Source: Octopus vulgaris
Taxonomy: Eukaryota
Assembly (NCBI GenBank): GCA_951406725.2
Contig: OX597817.1
Coordinates: 30,876,001 to 30,940,000, forward strand
Reading direction: 5' to 3'
DNA length: 64,000 nucleotides
The notes below the pieces were generated by a model, which saw only the letters and a list, made by a program, of their open reading frames with translations, was not told where the DNA came from and did no database searches. This document shows positions 1-13,050 of the stretch, piece by piece. The position numbers were made by a program, and so were the translations under genes. The first letter of the stretch is position 1. Each line of letters starts with the position of its first letter.

Positions 1-332
1 ACAGTTAGGTGATACAAAAAAGACAACAAAACATCCAGACAGACGATACAAAGAAAACAAGGATGGGTCATTTGAAGTTTTCTTTCCTCAGTCAAGCACC
101 AGTTAATCCTTGCAATTTCAGCTGATTATTCTTGCATACATACATACAGGCATATTCACACAAACACACGCACAAACACACACATATAGTAGTAGGTACA
201 CATCACATTTTTTTTCTTACAATATGCTTCTTCTCAGTTGCAACTGAATAGAGAAACATATCTAAGTATTAGTTTTAGATAGGATCAGAACATCACAAAT
301 TTCCAAACAAAATAAGATTGTTTTGAAACCAT

Positions 333-551
333 ACTCTTTTACTCTTTTACTTGTTTCAGTCATTTGACTGTGGCCATGCTGGAGCACCGCTTTTAGCTGA
401 GCAAATCAACCCTAAGACATATTCTTTGTAAGCCTAGTACTTATTCTATTGGTCTCTTTTGCCAAACCACTAAGTTACGGGGATGTAAGCACACCAGCAT
501 CGGTCGTCAAGCAATTTTTTTTTGGGGGGGTGGGTACAAACACAAACACAC

Positions 552-586
<35 letters not shown>

Positions 587-750
587 CATGGGCTTCTTTC
601 AGTTTCCGTCTACCAAATCCACTCACAAGGCTTTGGTCGACCTGAGGCTATAGTAGAAGACACTTTCTCAAGGTACCACGCAGTGGGACTGAACCCAGAA
701 CCATGTGGTTGGTAAGCAAGCAACTTACCTCACAGCCACTCCTACACCTA
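333..750 (-). mobile_element. tRNA-derived SINE, family A (internal microsatellite, AAAAGAGT tail)
   Basis: Reverse complement of the head TAGGCGCAGGAGTGGCTGTGTGG...GGGTTCAGTCCC (Pol III A/B-box-like); 10 or more homologous copies in the window. Confidence 0.9.
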
Positions 751-1820
751 AAATTGATGAAAAACCTTAATCGATTTTCAAACCTTATTGAGTTCTCATT
801 AGGAGAGTCTAAATCATTCTGACAGTCTCTATATTTATATTCTCAAAATTTTATTAACTGTAGTTTAGAAACACATAAAAATGAAAATTTACTGCCTGCC
901 ACCTTAGCAGCTGTTGAAAATTACAAATATTTCAGAAGGTTGCCAACCATAACAAGAACGTCTGTTAGATTAATCACTGACCGTTGTGCACGTATCAATC
1001 ACACATCAGTTACTGTGGAAAGTTTCCTGTTGGGTGATTTCATCTTCAGTTAAGATATATAAAATCAGACGAAGCAGGAATTTCTCACTTTTTGTTAATA
1101 CATAGCTTAGGCAGTGTTTTCACCTACTAAACATGAGAATTGCTCTAAACACAAAAATTATCAAATATTAGATGGTACATAAATCCAGGCAAGTGTAAGG
1201 ATGGTTGATTCTGATAAAACCCTATGGAGGAGGTACCTAAGGACTCCACCCCTCTGACCCTCACAGGAACAGCATGGTCTGTAAAAGGATAGAATTGGAT
1301 GCATATAAATTCATTCTAGTGTTTTGTTTATCTTTTTCTTTCTTTTCATTTTAGTTACCATTGGAGAAAGGATCAGCGCTCATGGCTTTCACTTATTGTG
1401 GGAGACAGGAAAGATTGGTGTCCTTTACTTTTCACTTAAATTGTTGAAGTTTGATAAATGAAGGAAAGACATGTGCTGGAAGAGAATTCCTGGGAGCTGA
1501 CACTCTGAAAAGAAAGGAATGGTCATTTTTTTCAACTTTCACTGAGGCTTGGGGAATTTGGACACAAAGTGGATGATGATCAGAGGATAAATGAATGAGA
1601 CAAACTTGTTTGAGTTTGGGTAGCATGAGATAAATAAAACTGTTTTTCATCACAGATTTACTCAATTAAAGTTGACCAAGTACAAAGCATCAATAATCAC
1701 ATATAGGGGACATGAAATAAATAGCAACATAGTGTGAACTGAGCCTCCTCTTCTTCAGAAAAAAACAAAGAGCCTAATGAGAGATGTAAAACTTTCTTGT
1801 AAGAACCTCTAAGTTACCTT

Positions 1821-2043
1821 TTGGCAGAAACACTAGCGTGCGGGGTGAAATGCATAGTGGTATTTCGTCTGTCGTTACATTCTGAGTTCAAATTCCGCCG
1901 AGGTCGACTTTGCCTTTTCATCCTTTCAGGGTCGATAAATAAAGTACCAGTTTTGCACTGGGGTCGATGTAATCGACTTAATCCCTTTGTATGTCCTTGT
2001 TTGTCCCCTCTATGTTTAGCCCCTTGTGGGCAGTAAAGAAATA
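1821..2043 (+). mobile_element. SINE family B
   Basis: GGCAGAAAC...GAGTTCAAATTCC head and GGTCGACTTTGCCTTTCATCCTTTC..GGTCGATAAA core (resembles the MetaSINE-type central domain, from memory); many copies. Confidence 0.85.
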
Positions 2044-3004
2044 TATATTACCATCAAATCAATGTAGAAGCTTTTCATGTGTACAGAAAGTTTTCAGCAT
2101 TATTCCCATTTTACAGTAAAATTTTCACTTGTTAGAAATATTTAATTTGTTTAATAAATACTGCGATCAGAAATGCAGGCATTTTTGTGTTGATAATACA
2201 GTAAAAAGGAATTTGAATGGGACAGGAAAGAATTTTCCTGTTCCAATAAGTATTGTATATACTGCATATATTGCAGTTATTACTGCATGGAGCAAATCAG
2301 TACATGTTCCAAGTTGCCCTATTGTCACAAGTACACATGCACTTCCAGCACTTACATCAGAACATGTAGAAGTACTAAATCTCACAATGAGGTTAAGTGT
2401 TTGGTCTTTGAATATGGGAACTGACTTTGCTTACAGATATTCCATTCTTGACAGAGAATGACAGTGCAGACACTGACCGGATGTATCATTTCCCTAAGAG
2501 ACACGAGAGCAAGAATGTGGGGACCTTCTAAATGTAGGGGTAGGAGATTATTTTTGTGAATTGCAATGAAGAAATAGATGCAGTATTATGTTGCACAGAT
2601 TGATGAAATGAACAAAGGTGATGAGGTATGAATAAAATCTTGAAATAGGTTTCAAGCAAGGATATTGTGTACCCCAAATTTACAATCGCAGATGATGTTG
2701 AAATATACATATATGAACAAGAAGACATCGTTTTTATTCTGTATTGTCATTGTAGACGTGTGTTTCCTGTTAATCTATCAGTCTACATATCAGAGCAAAT
2801 ACAAGGACATGATGTCGACCAAAAGGTGACAAGCTAAAATGACAATCATGCCTAGTTGAAGTTACCTGGTAAAATACATCATTGGATTAAATTGTCCAAT
2901 AAATAATTATGTGTTCCAATTTGTACCATAACATGTTTTCTACAAAACCTACTGTTGAACTTTAGACATGCTTGTTACATTTGTTGTTCACAAATTGTAG
3001 TTGT

Positions 3005-3328
3005 GATACCTGTGCCAGTGGCACGTAAAAAGCACCATCAGAACGTGGCCGATGCCAGCGCCGCCTTGACTGGTTTCCATGCCGGTGACATGTAAAAAGC
3101 AATAACCAATCATGGCCATTGCCAGCCTCCCCTGGCACCTGTGCCGGTAGCACGTAAAAAGCATCCACTACACTCACAGAGTGGTTGGCATTAGGAAGAG
3201 CATCCAGCTGTAGAAACACTGCCAGATCAGACTGGAGCCTGGTGCAGTCTCCAGGCTTCCCAGACCCCGGTCAAACCATCCAACCCATGCTAGCATGGAA
3301 AACGGACATTAAACAATGATGATGATGT
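3005..3328 (+). mobile_element. Family D retroposon (3 tandem internal units, (ATG)n tail)
   Basis: GTGCC.GTGGCACGTAAAAAGCA units then GTGGTTGGCATTAGGAAG.GCATCCAG, ending in ATGATGATG; homologous to 20150-20618 and 37256-37677. Confidence 0.85.
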
Positions 3329-4525
3329 ACAAATGTATGTCTATAAAATAAAAGATATTGCAGAGTATCAAAGTAGCCACATATGAAAATAATATAGTAG
3401 ATTTTCAGTATAACCATATACTGAAAATGTGTTCTTAACAACCTCCATTTTCCTCTACAAAATTTACTATATTCTTCTGAATATCTTTTTTGAATTGTAC
3501 TAATTTGTAACTAAAGTCACAACAGAATTACACCTATGACCACTAGTGCAGTGGATAGCAAAGTTAAGCTCCCGGTAATATATTACATGTCAAAATATTA
3601 CTGTATCAAGTATCACAAAAATCACTGAACTCCAGAAAGCTGTTTTCATTGATATGTATAATAGACAACCCACTTCTATACCACCACCACCACCAGCCCC
3701 ACCACCACCAGCCCCACCACCACCACCACACATGCACACATGTGATTATGCCTACCACTTATAATATAGAACTGTGATGTCTGCAATTCGATATATTTTT
3801 TTCTAGATAGCGATGGGAGACAACCTGGTAACTACTACAGTTGACATCCCCTCTAATTGGCAAAGCTTATGATATACCATAAACACATAATTAACAGACA
3901 AACACTTGATATATAACTCTGCTCTTTAAATATGGTTATATGCTTCAGTATTTTATGTACTTACAGTATGTATCTTCCCATTAGGTATCTATTTTCCACC
4001 TCCTTCGCTATCTTTCTCTCTCTCTCTCTCTCTCTCTCTGTCATTATCTCTCTTTCATTTGTAGAGTCTCTTTCTTCTTCCCACCTCATTTTTTTATTTA
4101 TTTCTCCTCAGCAGCATATATTTCACTAACACTATTTCTCTCTCTTTAGTTATATCCTTCAATCCATTCCTTCATTTGCTTCATCTGCTTTTCCCATTCT
4201 TTTTTTTTTTTTTTAACACATTCTTATTTTCAGTTCCTAAAACTCTTATACACTCTGCACGCATTGCTCTCCCTTCCCACCACCACCACCACCACCACCA
4301 CCACCACATATAATACATAACCCAAATACAGTAGATATGATATATATGTGCATGTGGTGGTATATGAGTTTTTCTTTTATTTTTATATATGCATGTATAA
4401 CTATGTATGCATTGACCTGAAGTGATTCGAAATGAACTCACCAATGTGGAAGGATCAGCAAAGAGTCTGAACACTATCAAACAACCTCAGAATTTGTAAG
4501 TTAAATAAATGTAACAGCAACATCA

Positions 4526-5015
4526 GTGGAGGTGCAATGGCCCAGTGGTTAGGGCAGCGGACTCACAGTTGTAAGAAAACGGTTTCGATCCCTGGTCCAG
4601 GCATTGGGAGTGTTTATTGAGCAAAAACACCTTAGCTCCACAAGGCTCCAGCAGTGTGGTGGAGGTGAACCCCGCTGTACTCTTTCACCACAACTTTCTC
4701 TCACTCTTTCTTCCTACTTCTGCCACAATGCAGAGAAACCATGGTGTAACCTACTATGGTGTGGTAAACTTTCAGACCCTAGTCTAGATTGCGAATCCTC
4801 TGTACCCCAGGATGGTTCAGATCTCCACCCATTAAAAGCCACCATTTACAGAATGAGGATAACAACGTAGCTTTTGCGCTCATGCAACCACCAGTCTATT
4901 GTGTGTGGTGGGTGGATCTTCAAGTTGCCACACGCATTCTTAGTAGCTTAGAGTAGGCTCGAATTAGAAACTATTCTTTGTGGCTAATGGCGTGGGTCCT
5001 GATTGGAAGAAGAAG
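4526..5015 (+). mobile_element. SINE family C head with long unique tail
   Basis: tRNA-like head GGAGGTGCAATGGCCCAGTGGTTAGGGCAGCGG...GGTTTCGATCCC; (GAA)n end; 12-bp TSD ACAGCAACATCA at 4514-4525 and 5016-5027. Confidence 0.85.
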
Positions 5016-5609
5016 ACAGCAACATCATTGTTTTAACTTCCTTTGACTTCCACTACTCCTCTCATTCATTTGTTATTTCATCTTCGACACATTACACTCA
5101 CAAATGTTGTTTAACTTTTTATATAATTGTGAATAATTGTAATCAACTTTTGCTGCATATATGAGTGTAAATAGGATACATAATACACATACACACACGA
5201 ACATACAACTGTGTGTATATATATGTGTGTGTATATGTGTGTGCAAAATTTAAGGTTTATCTTTTTAATGAGCATAAAATTTGATAAAGTGGTAAATACA
5301 TAGGTTTCAATCAGTCTGCAGACAGAAAAATTGTATCTAAGACGGTAGTTTCTGATTTTGCTTGGCCTTGATCAAAGTGATTGATAGTTTATAGTTACTT
5401 ATGATATTTACAAATTCAAACAGAGCTCGGCTGATCTAATTTTCAAAGATAGTGCATATGTTGACAGTAGGAGTAGCTTGCTTACCAACCACATGGTTAT
5501 GGGTTCAGTCCCACTGCGAGGCACCTTGGGGAAGTGTCGTCTACTATGGCCTCGGGCCAACCAAAGCCTTGGTAGACAAAAATTGAAAGAAGCTTGTCGT
5601 ATACATGTT

Positions 5610-5659
<50 letters not shown>

Positions 5660-5925
5660 ATATGAAGTTATATCTTGAGATTGCTAGTAATGACATGTAG
5701 ACTGGAGGAGGGAGTACTTTTTCTAGCTTCAAAGTTTCAAAGGTCAAAGGGTACAACATCAAAAGCAGTTATGATAAAACACGAAAATAAACAGAACAAC
5801 AGTTTTCCCACAAATCACCATTGTCCACATTGTGGTTTCTCAGCCAGACCATATGCTGGTTTAATAAGCCATACTCATGCTTATATCCATATTGCTTTTG
5901 GTGACCAGAGGAGTCACCAGGTGAA

Positions 5926-6829
5926 GTGAAGGAATTGGACAACAACATGCAGTTTAATGCAGGTAAGTTCCAGGCCCTGCGCTACCGGCACACAAAGGTA
6001 AATGACGTGCAGACTGGATACACTGGCCCAGGAAGAATTGCAATCCCTGAGTCAAAATCAGTGCGTGACCTAGGCATTGACATGAGCAATGATGCCTTAT
6101 TCCAAGTGCATATTACTAATCTGGTGATAAAATGCAGATGGCTAGCTGGATGGATTCTCCGAACTTTCAGAACAAGAGAGGAGACACTGATGGTCCTCTG
6201 GAAAACATTCATCCTCAGCCACTTGGACTACTGCTCCCAACTATGGTCACCACACAATATAAAACTAACAGCAGAACTCGAAGCAATTCAGAGAAGCTAC
6301 ACAAAGAAGATTGTCTCAATGCAAAATATCAGCTACTGGGAAAGACTGAAAGTATTAAACCTCTTCTCCCTAGAGCGGAGGCGGGAAAGATATGTGGTGA
6401 TATAAATCTGGAAAATCCTGGAGGGTCTTGTCCCAAACTTTGGCATTCAAAGTTACCCCAACTGCAGAACAGGGTGACACTGCATGGTGCCAAAGATTCC
6501 AACATCACCATCAAAATACAGGACCAGATACTGCAACAGCTTGGGTTTCAGAGGACCACAGCTCTTTAACATCCTCCCTAAATGCCTGAGAGACTTACAT
6601 GGTGTGGATGTGGGTTTCTTTAAAACTATACTGGATCTTCTCTTGTCGGGAGTCCCAGATGAACCTACCTCACGACAGGAGACGCAGATGTGGGCAGCAG
6701 CATCGAACTCCCTTGTTGATCAAGTGCCACGTATCAGAGGTGGATTCACATATTAGTGTAGCTCATTCAGCGGTTGTGACCCAGCATGGCCGCGGCCTTC
6801 GGGCTAAAACATTTTTAAGGATTTAAGGA
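5926..6829 (+). mobile_element. 5'-truncated CR1/L2-type LINE, C-terminal part of ORF2 plus 3' UTR
   Basis: NNMQFNAGK, VRDLGI, SHLDYCSQLWSP, LEAIQR, YWERLKVLNLFSLERRRER, GPQLFNILP motifs; in-frame stops near 6405 and 6477; tail TTTAAGGA repeated. Confidence 0.9.
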
Positions 6830-8795
6830 TTGGTGAATGGTAGTAATAGTAATGTGAGTGTGTTGTTGATCGTCCATTTGGTTGGATTTCTTTTTCTGTC
6901 TTCTTGCTAAACTGCTATACATTGTCTTTGATAGGATAGTCTGTCATGTACGTATGTATGTATGTATGTATGTATGTATGTATGTATGTATGTATGCATG
7001 CATGTATGTATGTATGTATGTATGTGTATATGTAGGTATGTATGCATACCTACATATATGCATTTATACATAATAGCCCCATGAGAAATGGAAGAGATAA
7101 CTGCCAAATATAAAGAATACTTGGCAAATATATTTACATCATATTTCTTATAGTTTCATGACAAATAGCTATAAAGAAAAATTGGTATCAACTGTCAATT
7201 GAGCTATATGTTAAAGATTATCAGTTTTCAGCGAATTCATTGAAGTAAACCAGTCTTCACCTGATTATATTAAAGTATAATGCCATGATATGGTTCATTA
7301 CAAAGGTATTTGAGTTCTCAAGTTGCACTGACTAGTGAAAGCGGTCTTAACGTCAGTGCCACATTTGTCTTTGAAGAACATTACCCAGTAAAGCAAAGAC
7401 ATAATTATAAACTATATCTGAGAGGTAAGAAAGTGCTTTGTGGCTACATCTGTATTTGTATGTCTTTAAATGAAGTATCTTTGGAATGAAATTTGTAGTT
7501 TTCTCCTACCTACATTTGTTGATCTAGACTGAATTACCTTGGTTTGGCAGCTTAGTAACTAAATCTACTGCCTCTTTAATTCTTATGTAGATAGATGATG
7601 ACCACATCATTTGTTTATCATATGGAACTTAAGAAACCATAATAGAATTCTACCAACATCTACAGATATTTTTGTTTTTTCTCAACAAATCCGTTTATTT
7701 CGCTATGTTTTTTTTTTTGCCTTGTTTTTCTTTTACAATGAATAATCTTATTGAAAAACATTTTAAAATTCAAATCCTAATGTCAATAAAAGCTATTTAG
7801 GTTTTTGTATGCCATCATCATTATCATCATCATCATTGTCCTCATCACTATCATCATCATCATCAACATCATGAGAATCATCTTTGGTTTAATTTCTGTC
7901 ATACCCCACTCCACACACACATACACACACGCCCATTAACATATTTTGATAATGCTTTGGCAGTTGTCAATAAAATGACCGTTTCTAAAGAATTTTGTTT
8001 TTAGTGGCCAAGGTGTTTATTCAGTATTTTGACAGCCAAATTAATCTCTCAAATAACATAATTTCCTATGACAATACGACTATCCATATGACAGATATAG
8101 TTTTGCCCAATCTCAGAAAGAAACTATAAATAAGTACTTTACAAAGAGAATGAACAGACTTTAAAATTTTGACCATTTTATTCTTTTACATCTTACTTCT
8201 GTGCAGACAGATATTGTTTTACCTCTGACATCACCGAATATTTTACTGAGTTTAGGCAAATATATTATTTTGACTGTAGCAAGATTTGAAGTCTGTTCTC
8301 TATACAATGCATATTACTTTATTTTTATCTTTTATCTATTAGTGAGCAGAATAAAAGAAATAAGACAGGCAGAAGGAAAGAAGAAAATAACCCTTAGACC
8401 AGACACCTAGCATGAATTCTTAGAACAAAGTGAACTCCACTAAAGGTACCTAAGAACCAGTTGTGCAAAATATCAACGAAGTTTCTGGGTTGATATTATA
8501 TTAAATTGCTAGTTTTTATTATGCAAATATCTGCAGGCATTATATCGCATATCTCAATGGAGCATGTTATTCTATGTGCCACAATTCAATAAGTACTGAG
8601 AAATATCTGGTAATTTATTTATTTCATTTTATATCATTTTTATATATATTAGCATGCAATGAAATTATTAGTTACAGGTTTCCAATGAGTCAATCACAAG
8701 AGTGAATGATAAAGAAGTACAGTCTTTGATTTTTGTTTTTTAAAAGTGGGCTGGGGTGGTCTTTCCCATCCTTAACTCATACACACATATTCTCC

Positions 8796-8834
<39 letters not shown>

Positions 8835-8898
8835 TACATTCAAGATGTGACCGCGTGTGTATCATTAGCGATTTTTTTGCTCTGTCTTCTTTTCCTAT

Positions 8899-8933
8899 GT
8901 TTCTGACGAAGAGCTCTGCTCGAAACATTAAAT
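8899..8933 (+). ncRNA. Minimal type I hammerhead motif (one core-adjacent mutation)
   Basis: GUUU-CUGACGA-A-GAGC UCU GCUC-GAAAC-AUU-AAAU; homologues at 30520, 36047 and 48357. Confidence 0.65.
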
Positions 8934-9041
8934 CCTCCTTCTTTCTTTCCTTTCCTGAGCATCCAATAACACTATACTTGTTCCACGTTCTCGCGTTGTT
9001 GTGTTTTCTCTGTGTTTTCACATTTGGATTAACTTTATATT

Positions 9042-9098
<57 letters not shown>

Positions 9099-9100
9099 CT

Positions 9101-9251
9101 TTATTTAAAAGCAGCAGAAATATAACAAAAGCTGTTAGAGTTTCACACTCCTATTCGTTGGACAATTTTGTTAAAATAGAAACTGTCCGACGATCGGGAA
9201 CGTGAAACTTTGAGTAACAACTTTTGTTATATATCTGCTGCTTTTAAATAA
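9101..9251. repeat. Imperfect palindrome of two inverted HHR-bearing units
   Basis: TTATTTAAAAGCAGCAGA.ATATAACAAAAG mirrored by CTTTTGTTATAT.TCTGCTGCTTTTAAATAA; + arm reads UGU-CCGACGA-UCG GGAA CGU-GAAAC-UUUGA-GUA-ACA (9184-9219). Confidence 0.75.
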
Positions 9252-9556
9252 TGCATATTACCCTACCTCTGGTATTTGAGTACTCTTTTTTCCACCTTGT
9301 TTCACATTTATGTGCTTACTCTGGTATATATATATATATATTGTAAGTTCAGTAAAAATTTGGATTCAGTTGAAAATGGTACTTAAGTTAAAGGCACCAG
9401 AATTTGGTATGATATTATCCATATAATTCAAAATGGGGTGATTATGATCAAAATAAGCAACAAGGATATCCAGAGGTAATGCAGTATGATCGTTTAATGC
9501 GACTCCATTTAACTATAAAAATGAATCTTTTGAATTTAACTAAATTCTATATTTTT

Positions 9557-9646
9557 ATGCAGCTGAAGATTGCTCTACATTTTAAAACTGACATAATACT
9601 TGCATTGTTCAATTAAATGGAGTCGCATGAAACGATCGTACTGCAT
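9557..9646 (+). ncRNA. Type I hammerhead ribozyme, intact core
   Basis: Stem I AUGCAG/CUGCAU; CUGAAGA 9563-9569; long imperfect stem II; GAAAC-GAUC-GUA with palindromic stem III; cleavage predicted after 9640. Confidence 0.8.
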
Positions 9647-9676
9647 TACCTCTGGATATCCTTGTTGCTTATTTTG

Positions 9677-9713
<37 letters not shown>

Positions 9714-9816
9714 AATTAGAGACAAAACCACTATTATGCAAATCAAACAAAGAAAGACTTAAGCCAATACATAAAATATAAAATAATTTATATAAATTAA
9801 AATTTAACAAATGAAT

Positions 9817-9868
9817 AACCACTACGATCGTTTCATGTCAGCACATCTTAGACATTCTTCAGGTGGTT
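9817..9868 (-). ncRNA. Type I hammerhead ribozyme, intact core
   Basis: Minus strand AACCAC-CUGAAGA-AUGUC(loop)GACAU-GAAAC-GAUC-GUA-GUGGUU; all three stems pair. Confidence 0.88.
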
Positions 9869-9888
9869 TCTAAACCTTCTTAGCGAGT

Positions 9889-10170
9889 TATCATCATCAT
9901 CATCATCATTTAACGTCGGTTGTCCATGCTGGCATGGGTTGGATGGTTTGACCAGGGCTGGTAAGCTGGAAGGCTGCGCCAGAGTCCAGTCTGATTTGGC
10001 ATAGTTTTCTATGGCTGAATGCCCTTCCTAACGCCAACCACTCTGAGAGTGTAATGGGTGCCAGTTACCTGACACCAGCATCAGCCATGACTACGATTTC
10101 ACTTGGCTTGATGGGTCTTCTAAAGCACAGCATATCACCAAAGGTCTTGGTCACTAGTCATTGCCACTGT
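9889..10170 (-). mobile_element. Family D retroposon, 3' part
   Basis: (CAT)n followed by TTTAACGTC...GCCCTTCCTAACGCCAACCAC. Confidence 0.8.
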
Positions 10171-10194
10171 AAGGTTCAAAGTTCAAAGATCATA

Positions 10195-10629
10195 CAAAAC
10201 AATAAATTTAGAATACAAAACAATAAACATTTTCAAAGATATGAAGAAAATATCAATTTTCAAATGATACCAAAATATGTACACCCTAAAGGATTATATG
10301 CTATATTTAATATTAGGTGTGACCGCTCTTGCTTTCAATGTCTGCTTTTAGTCTTCTGGACATTGAGTCGACCAAATTTTTGCATATAACTGATGAAATC
10401 GGTTATAAGCAAATCGATCATCTTGAATCAAGTCTTTCAACAGTGTTATATTGCATTGTTTTTTCTCCTTTGAAAATGTTTATCATTTTGTGTTCTAAAT
10501 TTGTATAATGTTTGCACATATAATATATTTTATTCAGTATAAATTTTGTTTGATTTCTTTTGATACTATCAGAGTAATGGCAATTTTACTGAAATTTTTT
10601 AGGGGTGTACATACATCTGTGAGATACTG
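10195..10629 (-). mobile_element. Internally deleted Tc1 derivative of the 18022-19645 family
   Basis: Partial TIR plus reverse complement of the transposase 3' end (10290-10468), fused to the other TIR ending GTGAGATACTG. Confidence 0.9.
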
Positions 10630-10657
10630 AACGTATGTATGTATATACATATATATA

Positions 10658-11080
10658 TAGGCACAGATGTGGCTGTGTGTTAAGAAGCTTGCTTCCCAAC
10701 CATATGGTCCCAGGTTCAGTCCTGCCTTGTGACACTTTGGGCTAGTGTCTTCTACTATAGCCTCAGGCTGACCAAAGCCTTGTGAATGGATTTGGTAGAT
10801 GGAAACTGAAAGAAGCCCATCGTATATATGTGTGTGTTTGTGTGTGTGTATGTGTGCATATAATTGTCTATGTGTGTGTGTCTTTGTGTCACCATTACTG
10901 CTTGATAACAGGTGTTAGTGTGTTTACATCCCTATAATTTAATGGTTCAGCAATAGAAACTCATAGAATAGGTACTAGGATTTAAAAATAAGTCCTGAGG
11001 TCGATTTGTTATACTGAAACCCCTCAAGGCAGTGCTCCAGTGTGGTCGAAGTCAAACAACCAAAACAAATAAAAAGAATA
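10658..11080 (+). mobile_element. SINE family A (diverged)
   Basis: Homology to the other family A copies. Confidence 0.85.
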
Positions 11081-11185
11081 AAAAAACATATAAAATAGTC
11101 CAACACAAGCCAGCATGGAAAGTGGATGTTAAATATTGATGATGATGATGATGAAATATATATATATATATATATGCATGTATGT

Positions 11186-11540
11186 CATTGTTCAATTTTA
11201 TTTCAAGATTTTTTGCCAATAGAGAAAGAGCTGGTTCCTAACCTAAATTCAAGTCTCCTTCATTGGAATTTCAATATCAGCAACAGGGTATTTTTGTTTG
11301 TATGTATGTATGCATATGTCAGATTTGTATGTTTTGCTCTTTGTGTGTATTTTCATGCATATAGTTGCATATCTAGACATGGTCATATATATTTAAATGA
11401 TAAACTTCTGGAAAGTTTTACAGATTTTTACAGTTCCAGTGATGGATTGGATCTGTAGTCTTCAAATTAGCTTTCTCCTTTCTGGTTTTGAAAAGCCTAA
11501 TTTCTCAAGATTGGTATTTAGGCAGTGTGTTAGATATCCC
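11186..11540. repeat. Unclassified dispersed repeat with internal (TATG)n
   Basis: Second copy at about 49192-49496 shares TTTTATTTCAAGATTT...CTCCTTCATTGGA...AAACTTCTGGAAAGTTTTACAGAT. Confidence 0.75.
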
Positions 11541-11764
11541 AGGGCACCAATGAATGCATGTATGTCTATATGTTTTTGTATGTATGTGTGTATATGTGTA
11601 TTCCTTTGTCTTGATATCATGTGATGGTTGTAAACAAGTGACACCATCATACATACACTATTGTTGATTTCCAGTTCTTCATGAAAAACCTATCTGAACA
11701 TGGTGAAACATTACCTTACTTAGAAATAGGTCGGATGAGGAGTGTGATAAGAAGGGCATCTGAA

Positions 11765-12183
11765 AGGCAGCAAGCTGGCAGAAACGTTAGCACGCTGGGT
11801 GAAATGCTTAGCGGTATTTCCTCTGCTGTTATGTTCTGAGTTCAAATTCTGTCAAGGTCGACTTTGCCTTTCATCCTTTCGGTGTGTCGATAAAATAAGT
11901 ACCAGTTGTGCACTGGGGTCGATATAATCGACTCAATTCCTTTGTCTGTCTTTGTTTGTACCCTCTGTATGTAGCCCCTTGCAGGCAATATAGAAATAAG
12001 AAATGTTAGCACGCCGGGTGAAATGCTTGGCGGTATTTCATCTGCTGCTACGTTCTGAGTTCAAATTCTGCCGAGGTCGACTTTGCCTTTCAGTTATGCA
12101 CTTATGTCGATATAATCGACTTAATCCATTTGTCTGTCCTTGTTTGTCCCCTCTGTATGTAGCCCCTTGTGGGCAGTAAAGAA
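11765..12183 (+). mobile_element. SINE family B, head-to-tail dimer
   Basis: Two consecutive copies, the second starting at about 12001. Confidence 0.85.
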
Positions 12184-12990
12184 AGAAGAAGGGCATTTGA
12201 CTATATAAAATCTGCCTCAGTAAATTCCATCTGACCCATGTGAGCATGGTAAAGTGGACATAAAAGCAATAAGGATGAGGAGGAGGATGGTTGGCATCAT
12301 CGTCATTGTCATCGTTGGAGTGGTGGTTTTGGTGGTGATGATGGTGATAAAGACAATGCTATATATATGTATATATACATATATATTTACATACATATTT
12401 GGTGACCTCATTAGTGCCAGTGTCATGAAAAATGTACCTAGTACACACTGCAAAATGATTGGTATTATGAAAGACATCCAGCTTTAAAAATCATTTCAAA
12501 ACTGAATTGGAGCTCAAGACAGTTCTGCAACTGATCAAATTCTGTCAAAATGTCCAACTCATGCAGCATGGTAAAGGGATGTTAAATGATGATGATGATG
12601 ACGACGATGCATATATATATATAGATATACACACATGCATGCCCATATGCCCATGATATTAGCCAATATGAAACTATTGTAGAAGACCCTTGTTCAGATG
12701 TCACACTATAGGACTGAACCCAGATCATTATGTTTGAGAAGCAAGCTTCTTGACCACATGACTATACTCTCTGTTTTAACCCCAAGAAAACAGCTAATTG
12801 CCTTAAATCAAGGTCAACCTTTTGGTTAAAGTTTATTCTGTGCTTTAGATAATCTACACTGGACTTAGTGAACTGTACCAGTATGAGTGAATATGGTAGT
12901 GTGCTTGATCATATCTGGCTCTCTGTGTAAGTAGGTATGTGTGTTAGTGTATGAGGAAATGGGCATGGTGCTCTAAGTGCTTGTGTGTGT

Positions 12991-13050
<60 letters not shown>

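Noticed and set aside
449-715. Recurrent ORFs ending LLSVSVYQIHSQGFGRPEAIVEDTC (also 21396, 22836, 31844)
   Set aside because: Antisense translation of SINE family A, not a gene family
823-2461. Open frames at 823-1053 and 2129-2461
   Set aside because: No recognisable domain and weak splice donors
3114-3155. CCAGCCTCCCCTGGC resembling HDV ribozyme P3/L3
   Set aside because: Could not build P1, P2, P1.1 or the J4/2 catalytic C
3807-7424. Plus-strand exon chain 3807-3827, 4423-4495, 7306-7424 (DSDGRQPVIRNELT...YKLYLR)
   Set aside because: Phase-compatible with good donors, but two acceptors are AAG without pyrimidine tracts and no homology was recognised; not distinguishable from chance
10386-10406. 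CTGATGAAA within a small hairpin
   Set aside because: Part of the Tc1 transposase 3' end; no stem II, so not a hammerhead
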